Below are positions 51,601 through 62,289 of a stretch of DNA of 64,000 bases, piece after piece. The first letter of the stretch is position 1; each line of letters opens with the position of its first letter. Origin of the DNA: Eledone cirrhosa (Eukaryota); assembly GCA_964016885.1 (NCBI GenBank), contig OZ024746.1, positions 40,920,001 through 40,984,000 of the forward strand, written 5' to 3'. A program made the position numbers and the translations under genes. The notes beneath the pieces were generated by a model, which was not told the origin of the DNA, did not search any database, and saw nothing but the letters and a program-made list of their open reading frames with translations.

Positions 51601-54600
51601 CAATTGTAAGGTTATTGTGTCCTTGAGCAAGACACTTTATTTCATGTTGCTCCAGTCTACTCAGCTGACAAAAATGATGATGATCATCATCATTTTACGC
51701 CTGCTTTTCCCTGCTTGCAAGGGTCCTATTCAGCACAGCATCTCTCCACTTGTCACGGTCCTTCGTCATCTCCTCTGTGAGCTTCAACGATCTGAGATTA
51801 GCTCTCACTACCTCTGCCCACGTTTTTCGTGGTCTTTCTCTACTGCGTCTTCCTTCTACTGGGATTTCTTGGCACTTCTTTACCCAGCGGTCATCCTCCA
51901 TGCGCATCACAGCCTTCTCTCCTGCACACTACAACTTATCCCTCTTATACCCAGTTTCTTTCTCAACTTGTCTATGCTTGGTCGTTCACGTACATTAGCA
52001 TTGTACATCCAACGGAGCATACTTGTTTCATTTCTCTCCAGCCGTCACATATCTTCTGCAGTTGCTGCCCATGTCTCACTACTATGCAGCATCGCGCATC
52101 TCACACAGGCATCATATAACCGTCCTTTCGTACGCAGGGAGAAACCCTTCTTTGTCAACAGAGGAAGCAGCTCCCTAAACTTCGTCCAACCCGTCCTTAT
52201 TCTAGATACTATGGCATCGGAACACCCCTCTCCCATGCTAATCTGATCACCTAGGTACCGGAAGCTATCAACCACTACTATAGAACCCACCTGCATTGGA
52301 AAAATGTGTCTATCACAGCGATTACTACTGCCAACTTTCCCTGTACATCTGCATATGTAGTTTTCCCTACCTGTTAGTTTGCCTGATAACCCACTACATC
52401 TCTTGTGTACCCAAGATCTGCATTGCGTACATTTTATGGAATTTATGCCAGTTCCTTTCCTACATATCGAACATGGCTATTTCCCCGATGGAATCAGAGT
52501 ATTGTCCTCTCTTCTACTTAACACTTTTGTCTTAGCTATGTTCACTTTCAGGCCTCTTGATTTCAACTGCTGTTTCCATAGCCATAATTTATTCTCTAGC
52601 TCCTCTACTGATTCTGCTATAAGAACCAGATCATCAGCATAGAGTAGTTCCCATGGGCAGCTAGTCTTAAACTCCTCTGCTATGGCTTGGAGGACTATAA
52701 TGAACAAGAGTGGGCTGAGGACCGAACCCTGATGTACACCTACTTGTATCTGGAATTCCTCACTAAACTCCATTCTTATTCTCACTTTACTGACGGCCCC
52801 CCTGTACATAGCTTGCACTGTCCTCACAAGCCATTCCTCTACACCTAGTTTCCTTAGGGACCACCAGGTGACAGATCGGGGTACCCTATCAAAGGTTTGT
52901 AAATCAAAAAGCCAACCTTGTCACATTCTGTGTCATACTGAATCTCCCTGAGAACTGTGTTAAGGGTACATGTGTCTGTAGAATGCTCAGCCATTTGTGC
53001 ATTAATTTCACAAGCAGGCTGTTACATTGATTGTATCAACTGGAAAACTCAATGGGGTGTCAGTTATAGCCCCAGTCCAACCAATGCCTCCTGGATGAAT
53101 ATCATAGGTGGAACCTGTCAAGAAGCAGCATGTGCATAAGTATGTGCATGCATGTATGCATATATGTGTGTTTCTGTACTGCATCTTTATAGTGACACCA
53201 TTTTATAAAGCAGACAGCAACATTTGTTTATGTCAAATGTAGACATTACATAAGAAGTTTGATGTAGGCCAGCAAAATATACAACACTTGAAAGTAAAGT
53301 ATAGGTTGACATGAGGAAGGTCATCTGACCTTAGAAAAAACTGACTCAGAAGGTCTCCTACCAGCATAGAACAGCAGATATAAAAACGAGGATGATGATA
53401 ATGAGTGTCATTAAAATACTTTATTAATTAATTCTAGTACAGTTAACACAGAACATACATATGTATCCTATATTGCATGTAAAATAGGGTTTTATATGCT
53501 GGACCCTGTCTAACCAGTTCTTTGACTATTTCATATACTTTTAAAATAATTTTGAAATGCTATCTATCACTGCTCTCTCCTATCAGAGATATATGTCTAT
53601 GGCTTTGCCTCCCTCCTAAAAACACATAGTTACCATTGTTTATCTATCCCTCTTCTACCATCATAGCACTTTTCCCCTCCTTTATATTAATATCTATATT
53701 CTTTCCTCATTTAACCTTCTTGCTTTCATGCAGATTAATCTCTCAGGCATTTCTGCTTTGAAAGAATAGAGGACTTTCTTGTCCTGCAGAGGCAAGGCAA
53801 CATCTCTTGTGTTGGTGCCACAATAAAGTTGCACCTAGTACACTCTGTAAAGTGGTTGATAATTATACAGAGACAGCATAGGGCAGAGAGAGTTTTTTAG
53901 CTCTGTGAAGGATATGATAACTTCTCCAGGGCTGGTATCATGATATAATGCACCCGGTACATTCTGGCATTAGGAAGGGCATTCAGCTATAGAAACTATG
54001 CCAAAAATTGGAATGTACAAGTGGGACAGGGTGTCCTGACCCATTTAGGAGGGCTGTAACTCGGAATAAGAATTGACTCAGATTACAACAACCTGTCCAA
54101 CCCATGCCAGCATGGGGAAAGTGGATGTGAGATGATGATTTGATCAGATTTAATTTATTTAAATTTGGAAAACTATAACTTGTTTTACTTACTTTTTATT
54201 TTTTAGTGAGGCCTGCCGTGTGGCTTCTAAGAATAACTTTGGCATCAACTGCAGAGAACAGTCTTTAAATGAAGCTGTTGGACCATGAAATAGTTCAAGT
54301 ATATATTGGTTGTCTGTTAAATGTTTCACAGAAATAATATCTTCGTTGGAAAATATCTCATTCCTGTAACTATCCTCAATTAATGTATTTAATGTCCTTG
54401 GATTTAAATCTGATGGGTGAATCCATTGTTCAAGAATCCGTAAGGCAATTTTATTATATGGAAGTCCAACCAGACGTTTCCATTGACCAGGATTCAATAC
54501 TGGAATGTTGTGTTCCTCTGTCACAAATAAACCACCATCTTTTGCTAGACCGCACACCAAAGCAGTCTTAAAATCTATTTGTTCTTGATGTAGTCCAAGT

Positions 54601-57600
54601 TTTGTACTGTTTCTGGTGGATACATAACTAAAACGATTGTCCAGTTTGTTAAGAGTCTTAACTATTTTTTCACTTATTGAAAATGGGTTTTCATTTTCCT
54701 CACATGTAATTCTCAAGTCATAAAACTGTTTGTAAAAATATATATGTACGATGTAAGATTAAATTTATATATTTATACTTTTGAAAGCAAGAAATTTAAA
54801 AGCACAAAAAATTACAATATTCATTAATATAATACTTTTAAAACAAAAAAAAAAAGAGGGTTTTAACTATAGAGACAAAGCTACATTAAATATTTCAATG
54901 ATTACAATTGATTATTTGTTCAGGTATTTTAAATATGCAGGAGACTAGACACTAAATTATCGATAAATACATCATCAAATATTCATATCTACTACAAGTA
55001 TTTTGTAATCCCTGCAAGCACTGGGAGGTGAATATCAATATGATGCATTTGACAGGAAAGCCAGAAGGTACAGTGAGCTGGTTGAATTCTATTAAACCAT
55101 TGATTCTGACAAATTCTCTCAGAGAATTTATCAGAATCAATGTTGGCTCACTGCTCAGGAGCCTTGAACAGGCAACAAAAGAGAGGAAACACATTTTGAG
55201 GACATTATCAGAGGTAGCTGAGAAAGCGAATCACTATGTCTAGGCTTAATAGTGAAGATGAATGATGCACCTGACACATTGAGGTGGATGAGGATGTCTT
55301 GCTTGGAATCATAACATCAGACTCATTGAATTTTATGCTGTTCTGACACATTGAGGTGACAGGAGACAACTGGCTCCAAGTCACAATATCAGACTCATAA
55401 AATTTTGTGCTGTTGTGCAGTAGTTTTGTTGCCTACATCAGTGGGTGGTCCTGGGTAGTTCTGGTGTCATGGCAGAAGTGGCTGAAACACCTACATCATT
55501 ACTTCACTGCCTGATGAGACACAGACTGCTGCTTTCAATGAAAGAGCATAGCAGTACTCTCAGCAAACACATAACACACCAACACTCTCAGAAAATACAA
55601 AACACAGCAGCATTCTCAGAAAATACAAAACACAGCAGCACTCTCAGCAAACACATAACACACCAACACTCTCAGAAAATACAAAACACAACAGCACTCT
55701 CAGAAAATACAAAACACAGCAGCACTCTCAGAAAATACAAAACACAGCAGCACTCTCAGAAAATACAAAACACAGCAGCACTCTCAGCAAAGACAGAATA
55801 CAGTAGCACTCTCAGCAAAGACAGAATACAGTAGCACTCTCAGCAAAGACAGAACACAGCAGCAGTGTCAGCTAACGCAAGTATGTTTACTAAGTGTAGA
55901 GTCTAGATGTTAGGTCATCTGGGAAGGTTGTCCATAATAGATGGCATTCTATCCAGATATACGATACATCATCATCATCATCATAATTTAACGTCCATTT
56001 TCTTTGCTAGAAAGGGATGGAGGGGTCAACTATTTATAGTATCTTTTCTGTGGATAGTTTGTTGGGAAAATTTGCAGCAGAACTAAACCAAAGAATTTAA
56101 TTTTTAATGTGATGCAGTCATAGTGATGTTTTATAGTTTTCAAGGGCCCAGACAGGTGTGGGATGTAGATGTTTAATGATGGTGAGGATGGACTTCCCCA
56201 TTACCATCCATGTACTTTTCACATTTCTGATATATCTTTCCTGTCCAACCCATGTATGCATGGAAAGACAGGCACATTCCAGACCTGCTCTGTCACATGA
56301 TGAAAAGCACCCAGTTCACTCTGTAAGGTGGTTGTGCTGGTACCACCTGACCTGACTAGCCTCAAGAGTTAACCCTTTTGATACCAAACCACCTGAAACC
56401 AACTCTGTTTCAACAATACAAAACTGTGTTTTAAAATGTTTATCATCACCATCATCATCAAACATCCAGTCTCTCCACAAGCAAGGATTAGATGGGTCTT
56501 CACAGATCGAGTCAGTATTGAAGCCAAATTACTGACCTCCCAGACAGGCCGGGAGTTCGCATCTCGCTTACATTTAATTTATAAATAAGGACATTATAGC
56601 ATCAATGACTTGACCTATAGTGAGGAGAGGCATCCATCAATAGATAATCAATACTCATGTAACAATACTCACTAGTTAAATATTTGTTATCTTATGTACT
56701 GCAGTGATAAACATTTACATAGATATGTATCAATGGGTCACACAAATTTATTAACTTTTTAAAGAAATTTTGGTATCTATTACAGCAAATTGGCAGAGTC
56801 ATTAGAACTTTGGATAGAATGCTTTGCAATATTTTCTCCTGCTCTCTGAGTTCAAATCCCACTGAGGTCAACTTTGCCTTTCATTCATTCGAGGTTGATA
56901 AAAGAAAAGTATCAGTCTAGTACTGTGTAGATTGGTAGTGTTGGTACCACGATAAGATGCACCCAGTTAACTGTGTAAAGTGATAGTGCTGGTACCATGA
57001 TAAAAGCACCCAGTCCACTGTGTAAAGTGATAGTGCTAGTGCCACTATAAAAAGCACCAAGTTCACCCAGTAAAGTGGCAATGCTGATGCCATAAAATAC
57101 ATCCATTACATACTGTAAAGTGGTTGGTTTTAGGAAGGACATCCAGCTGTAGAAAACATGCCAAAATAGAATGTATGAGATAGACATGGACATCTGACCT
57201 GTCTCGTCCCAGAATGTGATCACCCATTTCACACTGACAAGCATAGAAAATAGACATTATAAGATGATGATGATGGTTTCATATATTTAGCAACAAAATA
57301 AATGGTAGCACACAGGAATGTACAAATAAGTAATATTATTAATAAGACTTATTTTGCACTTTTGTTTTCATGTGATATCGCAGGATCAGGTGTTAAAGAG
57401 TTTTAACCCTTTTGATACAACCTCAGTCAAAACTGGCTTTGGGTATATGAAACAAAACCCCTAATTTTAAAGGGTTCATTTTTAAATTAAAATTTTTCAA
57501 TATAAATTTATGTAAGAACCATATGTCAAGTTACTATCTTAGTAATGAAATAATTAATAGTTTTAATAGACCCCTTAAAATTCTCCATTAATTAACTGAA

Positions 57601-57980
57601 ATAGAGTGTTCTTCATTAGAAATATCTTCTAAACTAGATCTAAAAATGTGGGTTTTGTTTCTCACATAGGCAATTAAGATAGGTAACGATAACAATACCT
57701 TTTCATAAAAGGGTTCACGATAGTTCAGGATCTCTTTCAAAGGTATTCTTTCTTCAAAGCCACATATTCTGTCAACCTTTATTTTGGCAGCACGTTGCAA
57801 AATGTCTTCTTTACTGACATCTAAGAAAACCAACACACCACTTTCGGCTATTTTGGAGAAACTTTTAGTATGTAAAGGATTTGAACCTGTCAGTGAAATA
57901 ACAGTTTGTTTTTTTGTTTCAAATTTCATCATAGCTTTGCCTTCTTCTTCAAGAAACACTTTTGTTCCAACTTCATGAAG
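31100..57980 (-). CDS. THNSL1: Threonine synthase-like 1 (shikimate-kinase-like domain fused to PLP threonine-synthase fold), nine 3' coding exons; 5' end missing
   Basis: complement join(57980-57699,54725-54193,51204-51134,50632-50528,36903-36801,35942-35777,34595-34344,32687-32597,31437-31100); all GT-AG and phase-compatible; motifs GLAKDGGLF, ELFHGPTASFKD, ATSGDTGSA, NSINWGRLLPQ, PTGNFGN, SNLER, DTHTAVA. Confidence 0.93.
32597..32687 (-). CDS. THNSL1: THNSL1-like exon
   Basis: ILSKIQSDMYADWCSEEDCLDAILSTYKTT; CAG| and |GTAAAT. Confidence 0.92.
32975..33310 (+). mobile_element. CR1/Jockey-type LINE 3' fragment
   Basis: LFYKYIHGDCSDEL...YSNSFFPHTSHLWNSL...KFKSNIN is the typical C-terminus of these LINEs. 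Confidence 0.7.
33934..34150 (+). mobile_element. MITE family A nested at a TTAA in an older MITE (about 33790-34255)
   Basis: TTAA-flanked TIRs; flanks resemble the host element at 781-1158. Confidence 0.8.
34344..34595 (-). CDS. THNSL1: THNSL1-like exon
   Basis: KMGIPFQKIICANNENNV...TISPSIDILIPSNLERYLYH; CAG| and |GTAAGT. Confidence 0.95.
35777..35942 (-). CDS. THNSL1: THNSL1-like exon
   Basis: AANSINWGRLLPQVVHH...IPTGNFGNVLAAYYSK. Confidence 0.96.
36113..36193. repeat. Perfect 39-bp inverted repeat with a 3-nt spacer
   Basis: CAGTAGAGGGCACTCCAATGGTAGCCATGGGCACCTTGT-AAG-exact reverse complement. Confidence 0.97.
36801..36903 (-). CDS. THNSL1: THNSL1-like exon
   Basis: EVAGDFDFCQKTVKNIFQD...YNLSLS; CAG| and |GTTAGT. 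Confidence 0.93.
38488..38684. mobile_element. mariner-type MITE (TA ends, about 30-bp TIR)
   Basis: TATGAGGGTTGGTTGAAAAGTTCATAGGCTGAC...GTTAGCCTATGAACTTTTCAGACCATCCTCGTA; related copies at 61687-62064 and near 24460-24503. Confidence 0.75.
40100..40176 (+). ncRNA. Type I hammerhead-like fold with variant core CAGAAGA
   Basis: Stem I AGTTT/AAACT plus ACAGATTGA/TTAATCTGT; CAGAAGA; stem II CCC/GGG; GAAA; stem III GCA/TGC; UU site. Confidence 0.6.
40205..42610 (+). mobile_element. 5'-truncated Penelope-like retroelement (RT plus GIY-YIG), probably Naiad clade, inactivated
   Basis: LKDHKDNF..RLICPSKSDIGRISK, FDIDEYYSSI, MGSNDSAE, GIYRDD, VNFLDV, CxCx5Cx5C linker, IVY..YVG..FK..H, CKLC..CNH; frameshift near 40860, TAA TAG at 41884-41889, frame ends 42027; (TA)n on both sides. 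Confidence 0.92.
42448..42564 (+). ncRNA. Type I hammerhead ribozyme in the PLE 3' end (palindromic stem III, long stem II)
   Basis: AGGT-CTGACGA-C-ATGGTGT...ACACTAT-A-GAAA-CAATTG-TT-ACCT. Confidence 0.75.
42860..43056 (+). mobile_element. RTE-X-type LINE 3' fragment
   Basis: RRVGQSALTYIDQLCRDIGC...LMLDRDG followed by a (GAT)n tail. Confidence 0.55.
45404..45612 (-). mobile_element. MITE family A
   Basis: TTAA on both sides, TIRs nearly intact. Confidence 0.85.
46200..46680 (-). mobile_element. Decayed second copy of the CRE-like endonuclease region
   Basis: Minus strand LGIHVCEPHR*CCGAVVNEFGLHLLSCHLNAGQLPNHAALNDIIRRSLDTASFPSQLEP aligns by eye with the 10804-11460 protein. Confidence 0.8.
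47176..47386 (-). mobile_element. MITE family A
   Basis: TIRs and internal match to family A. Confidence 0.8.
47828..48165. repeat. (GAT/AAT)n low-complexity tracts around a partly duplicated SINE A tail
   Basis: ATGTTTCTACTTTTGGCACAAGGCCAGCAATTACCC occurs twice between trinucleotide tracts. Confidence 0.85.
48835..49040 (+). mobile_element. MITE family A
   Basis: TTAA on both sides, TIRs nearly intact. Confidence 0.85.
50528..50632 (-). CDS. THNSL1: THNSL1-like exon
   Basis: NGSIGVMVLYPKNGVSKIQRKLMINADRKNVHVI; 105 nt, phase 1-1. Confidence 0.94.
51134..51204 (-). CDS. THNSL1: THNSL1-like exon
   Basis: FVILVATSGDTGSAVIEGFSKLK; CAG| and |GTGAGT. Confidence 0.95.
51676..52897 (-). mobile_element. 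5'-truncated RTE-type LINE (RT domain to 3' end), frameshifted
   Basis: GVHQGSVLSPLLF, PWELLYADDL, FRYLG, GRLYDACVR, RPRKTW..DRDKWR; (ATG)n tail. Confidence 0.92.
54193..54725 (-). CDS. THNSL1: THNSL1-like exon containing the PLP-binding lysine
   Basis: YVSTR..GLAKDGGLFV..YILELFHGPTASFKDCSLQLMPKLF; CAG| and |GTAAGT. Confidence 0.96.
54985..55250 (+). mobile_element. Decayed HERO/NeSL-type restriction-like endonuclease 3' fragment
   Basis: WEVNI..AFDRKARRYSEL...INVG...RKHILRTLSEVAEKANHYV across frameshifts. Confidence 0.5.
55545..55865. repeat. Minisatellite of 27-28 bp units (CAGCACTCTCAGAAAATACAAAACACAG and variants)
   Basis: About 11-12 tandem units, with a higher-order duplication and a variant block at the right end. 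Confidence 0.92.
57699..57980 (-). CDS. THNSL1: THNSL1-like exon, shikimate-kinase-like domain
   Basis: FLEEEGKA...VISLTGSNPLH...GVLVFLDV..ILQR...KVDRICG..ILNYREPFYEK; AAG| and |GTATT. Confidence 0.92.
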
Positions 57981-58401
57981 CTTAAAAACAAAGAAATAAA
58001 ATTATGAAAGAAGTGAAATTTTATTTTGTATGTATGTGTAGGTGCATACACATAGATTCATATACATACACTCTCGCCACACCACATCACTCAGAGGTAT
58101 GAAGTTTTCCAGATTATAAGACACTGTATCAGTGACATATATGTTATATATATATGTATTCATATATTATAATAATAATATTATTATTATTTGGTTTATT
58201 TGCAAGCAAACAACCTCAAAACACCATGTGTGCTTTCTAGATGACCACGTTGGTATGCACATCTCAGCAGTTCCAGCGGGTAGCAGCCATGAGGATATAC
58301 AGTCTCGATAAGGAGCAACAACTCCAAAACAATTGTCGACTGTTTTCTCTCAGCTACCGCTGGAACAAAAGGATGTCAGGGTCATCTAGACAACACACAT
58401 G

Positions 58402-58448
<47 letters not shown>

Positions 58449-58565
58449 TATGCATGTATATATAGGAAAAGAGTCAGGACCCCGATGGCTGAGCTCCAGC
58501 TAGTTCAGATCTAGCTGTTGAACATTAAATATATATATCCATATATATATTTTTATATATATATA

Positions 58566-58906
58566 TCATCATCATTATCATCATTTTATGTCCACTTTTC
58601 CCTGCTTGCAAGGGTGGGACGGGAACTGATTCTGGCTTGATTTCTACAGCTGGATGCCCTTCCTAACACCAACCTCATTTACAGTGAGTGCTGGGTGCTT
58701 TTTGCCGTAGCACCTACACGACCAGTTTGCAGTGGAATGATAGGGATCCCAGTCCCTATCATCTCATTTCTACAGCTGGGTAAACTGGAGCAATGTGAAA
58801 TAGAGTGTCTTGCTCAAGGAAACAACACATCACCCGGTCTAAGAATTGAACTCACAACCTTTCGATTGCAAGGCCAATGCTCTAACCACTAAGCCATGTG
58901 CCTCCA
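58566..58906 (-). mobile_element. Full-length composite SINE (tRNA head, core, RTE-like tail ending in (ATG)n)
   Basis: GGAGGCACATGGCTTAGTGGTTAGAGC head; near-identical truncated copies at about 59153-59430 and 60935-61241. Confidence 0.85.
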
Positions 58907-58939
58907 TATATATTTATATTTATATATATACACACATAT

Positions 58940-60500
58940 ATATATACAAATGTAAGATCGAAACACCCACGTCTAGTAGGGCCTACATAGGGTTAACCAC
59001 CAATAGATTCAAGCACCATCTTTACATGCACACCCATTCTTTTCTTAACCCTTTAAGAAGGAATATGACGTCACTTTCAACTTATATCTGGAGTCTAAAA
59101 GGCAACCATACCCAATATAGGTTACACTGGGAGATCCTAACTAAAGATAGATCATTTCATCATCATTCATTTCATATTACGTCCGTTTTTCCCTGCTTGC
59201 AAGGGTGGGACAGGAACTGATTCTGGCTTGATTTCTACAGCTGGATGCTCTTCCTAACACCAACCTCCTTTACAGTGAGTGCTGGGTGCTTTTTTGCCGT
59301 GGCACCTCCACGACCACTTTGCAGTGGAATGATATGGACCCCAGTCCCTATCATCTCATTTCTACAGCTGAGTAAACTGGAGCAATGTGAAATAAAATGT
59401 CTTGCTCAAGGAAACAACACATCACCCGGTGATGTGTTGTTTCTTTGAGATCGTATAACGCCGCTGAAGCCCTGGAAATACTCTATGCCAATGATCACAT
59501 CTTAAACAAAAAATCTGAGGCAATTTCGGCTTGTAAACACAAATTGCATAAAACTTTCCTGTATTACAGCCCCACATTATACCCTAACAGATAGTACGAA
59601 CAATATGCGGATAATTTACGTCTTGATGTGGTAGCTAAGTATATTTTATGTTTATACCATTACTTATTTGTATAGGTAAGTATACCTTACCCATATGTTT
59701 TGTGGAGGTACATATACTTTCTTGTACGTATTTATGCTTGTACTTGTTATTGGTGTATATATTATATACACTGGTATGTGTGTATATGGTTGTGTGTACA
59801 TGTGTATTTCGTTTTTGTGTGTGTATGCGTGTTTGGAAGTATGTAAGGTGTGTATATGTGTACATTGAGTTTTGGTATATGTACGTTTGAACATATGTGT
59901 ATTTACCTGTAGGTATGTGTGTGCGTGCGTTATACGTATTTATGTGTGTATATTTATATACGTTTATATAATTATATGTATATACACACACATTTTTATA
60001 TGTGTATTTGGTGTATACATTCGCATGTGTGCACGCGTTTATGTATACATGCATGGCGTGTGTTTTCGTGTATGCACGTGTATGTACGTATATAGATGTG
60101 TGTATATATATATATTTAATTATTATTACTTTAATAACCTCTGTCATTTTCGTTTTACTAATTTATTTACATTATTCTTAACTCCGGAGCCGAGAATCAT
60201 TCAGTTTCCTAAATAGAATATTAGTCTATGACTCCTTTTATACCATAAACGTGGTTTTGTCTTTGTGTGTATTTGTTCTCCTCGCTCCAGATAACGACGT
60301 ATTATCTTCGCTTTTTTCCGTTCATTGCCAGGGAACGTCTCCACGAACCAAAGTATCGTCTTCCCGTCTTCCTTCGGTTGCAACGTTTTTCAAAATATTT
60401 ACTTCTGCGTTCACAGATTGATTTTTTTAGTTTCAGAAAATCCCGTTGAGGGATGAAAGCAGCGATTCTTTGCTTAAACTTTGATCTGTTATTTTAATAA
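58940..60500 (+). mobile_element. Penelope-like element 3' fragment (GIY-YIG plus 3' UTR) interrupted by a SINE
   Basis: IYKCKIET..AYIGLTTNRFK..H.HSF..TSLSTYIWSLK..WEIL; resumes after the SINE as EALEILYANDHILNKKSEAISACKH; its 3' end matches 40070-40185. Confidence 0.85.
60413..60489 (+). ncRNA. Second copy of the variant hammerhead-like fold (core CAGAAAA, probably inactive)
   Basis: Same stems as 40100-40176; stem II TCCC/GGGA. Confidence 0.5.
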
Positions 60501-60698
60501 TTAATACATATATATATATACAAATAAAAGACAGAGTTAATAACTCATACTGATACCCTGTAATTAACAAGCTCAAAGTATAAATACTGAGCAGGCTATT
60601 GTTTCTAGCCAATCCACTCACACCACTTTTGACTTCTAGCACACGAGGTGAAATATTCATTCGTGTGGCTTTTGGCTTAGGTGTTTCATTTAATCTAT

Positions 60699-60784
60699 TC
60701 TCTCGCTGATGATGCCCACGGATTATTTGTTACAAACACAATTCTCAGGGCGAAACAGATTAAATCCATAAACTGTCCGGGAGA
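60699..60784 (+). ncRNA. Canonical type I hammerhead ribozyme
   Basis: Stem I TCTCTCG/CGGGAGA; CTGATGA (60706-60712); stem II GCCC/GGGC; GAAA; stem III CAG/CTG; GUC site ending at 60777. Confidence 0.85.
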
Positions 60785-61686
60785 TGTAATAGTTATTGAG
60801 GCGGTCTGTATATATTTTATTTTATTTATATTCCGTTTGCTTCTGATTAAATTTCTCAAACAAATGTGGTATTTCAACCCTCGTAATTTTAGATGCACGA
60901 TTTACTGTGTTTATTACTACATATATTCATTTTTCATTTTCATTTCATTTTACGTCCGCTTTTTTCCCTGCTTGCAAGGGTGGGACGGGAACTGATTCTG
61001 GCTTGATTTCTACAGCTGGATGCCCTTCCTAACGCCAACCTCCTTTACAGTGAGTGCTGGGTGCTTTTTTGCAGTGGCACCTCCACGACCACTTTGCTGT
61101 GGAATGATAGGGACTCCAGTCCCTATCATCTCATTTCTACAGCTGAGTAAACTGGAGCAATGTGAAATAAAGTGTCTTGCTCAAGGAAACAACACATTAC
61201 CCGGTCTGAGAATTGAACTCACAACCTTTCGATGTGCCTCCATTAATATTATTAATATATATATATACATATATGTGTATATAATATATATGTAAATAAT
61301 TGTGCATATATATAAGGTGTACTCTTCCAGATGAGATCTAACTAAAATTACAACAACCCGCCCTACCCATACCTGCATAGAATCTGGATGTAAAATGATG
61401 ATGATAATGACGATACATACATAGACATGCAAACACACACACATAAACATATAATATGCGTGTGAGTTTAAGGAGTCCTATATATTTGATTTTATTATAT
61501 TTGGACATGTATAGCCTTAGAGGCTATTAAAGAAATCATTATGTATGAATGAGTAGTTTACATCTTTTCCTGAATATGTTGAAGATGATAATAAAAATGG
61601 CCTTAATAACATTTAAGATGACAACAGTAACATCAGAGGTATTTATTACAAATCAATTGTTTTAAATTCTAGGCACTAGCAATAGT

Positions 61687-62064
61687 TATGAGGGTTGGCT
61701 GACTATGAAGGAGTGACGCTAGAGCTGTGAAATCTTGCATGCATTAATTTCAACTGTGGATTGGCAGTATCGGTAGAGCGTCAGACACCATGCTTTGCAG
61801 CATAGAGTTATGGCCCTTTGCGTTCTGAGTTCAAATCCTGCTGAGGTTAACTTTGCCTTTCATCCTTACAGGGTCGATAAAATAAAGCACCAGTAATGCA
61901 TTGGGACAATTGCTGGCCTTATGCCAAAAGTAGAAACAATTTCAACTCCTCTTCTTAATAACTGCATTGTTTCTTTCCAGGGACTATGTTGAAAAATAAA
62001 CCTCATTTGGTCATTCCATGAGAGTATCTTGGTCAGCCTATGAACTTTTCAGCCAATCCTTGTA
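61687..62064. mobile_element. mariner-type MITE interrupted by a SINE A copy (from 61756) with a 10-bp TSD
   Basis: AATTTCAACT at 61746-61755 and 61938-61947; flanks are the reverse complement of 38488-38684. Confidence 0.8.
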
Positions 62065-62289
62065 AGTTTGGGGGGGGGGGGGAGTCGATTAAATCGACCC
62101 CAATGTGTTGCTGGTACTTTATTTTATTGACCCCATAAGGATGAAAGGCAAAGATAACTTTGGCAGGATTTGAAATCAGATCATAAAAGGGCATAATCCT
62201 ATGCCATAAAGCATGTTGTCTGATGCTCTAACTGATACTGCCAATCCACTGATTAGATTGTAGTGGGTAACAGTAGAGTAGCATTACAG

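Noticed and set aside
51617-52246. 209-aa plus-strand ORF
   Set aside because: Antisense shadow of the RTE LINE on the minus strand
55445-55834. 129-aa repetitive ORF
   Set aside because: Read-through of the intronic minisatellite, with no splice or homology support
56930-57125. Repeat-spacer-like array resembling CRISPR
   Set aside because: Units of about 48 bp are degenerate tandem copies of a SINE internal segment with no unique spacers and no cas genes, in eukaryotic DNA
59635-60216. Several ORFs of 76-170 aa rich in Y/T/H or V/C/Y
   Set aside because: They are translations of degenerate (TG/TA)n sequence in the PLE 3' UTR
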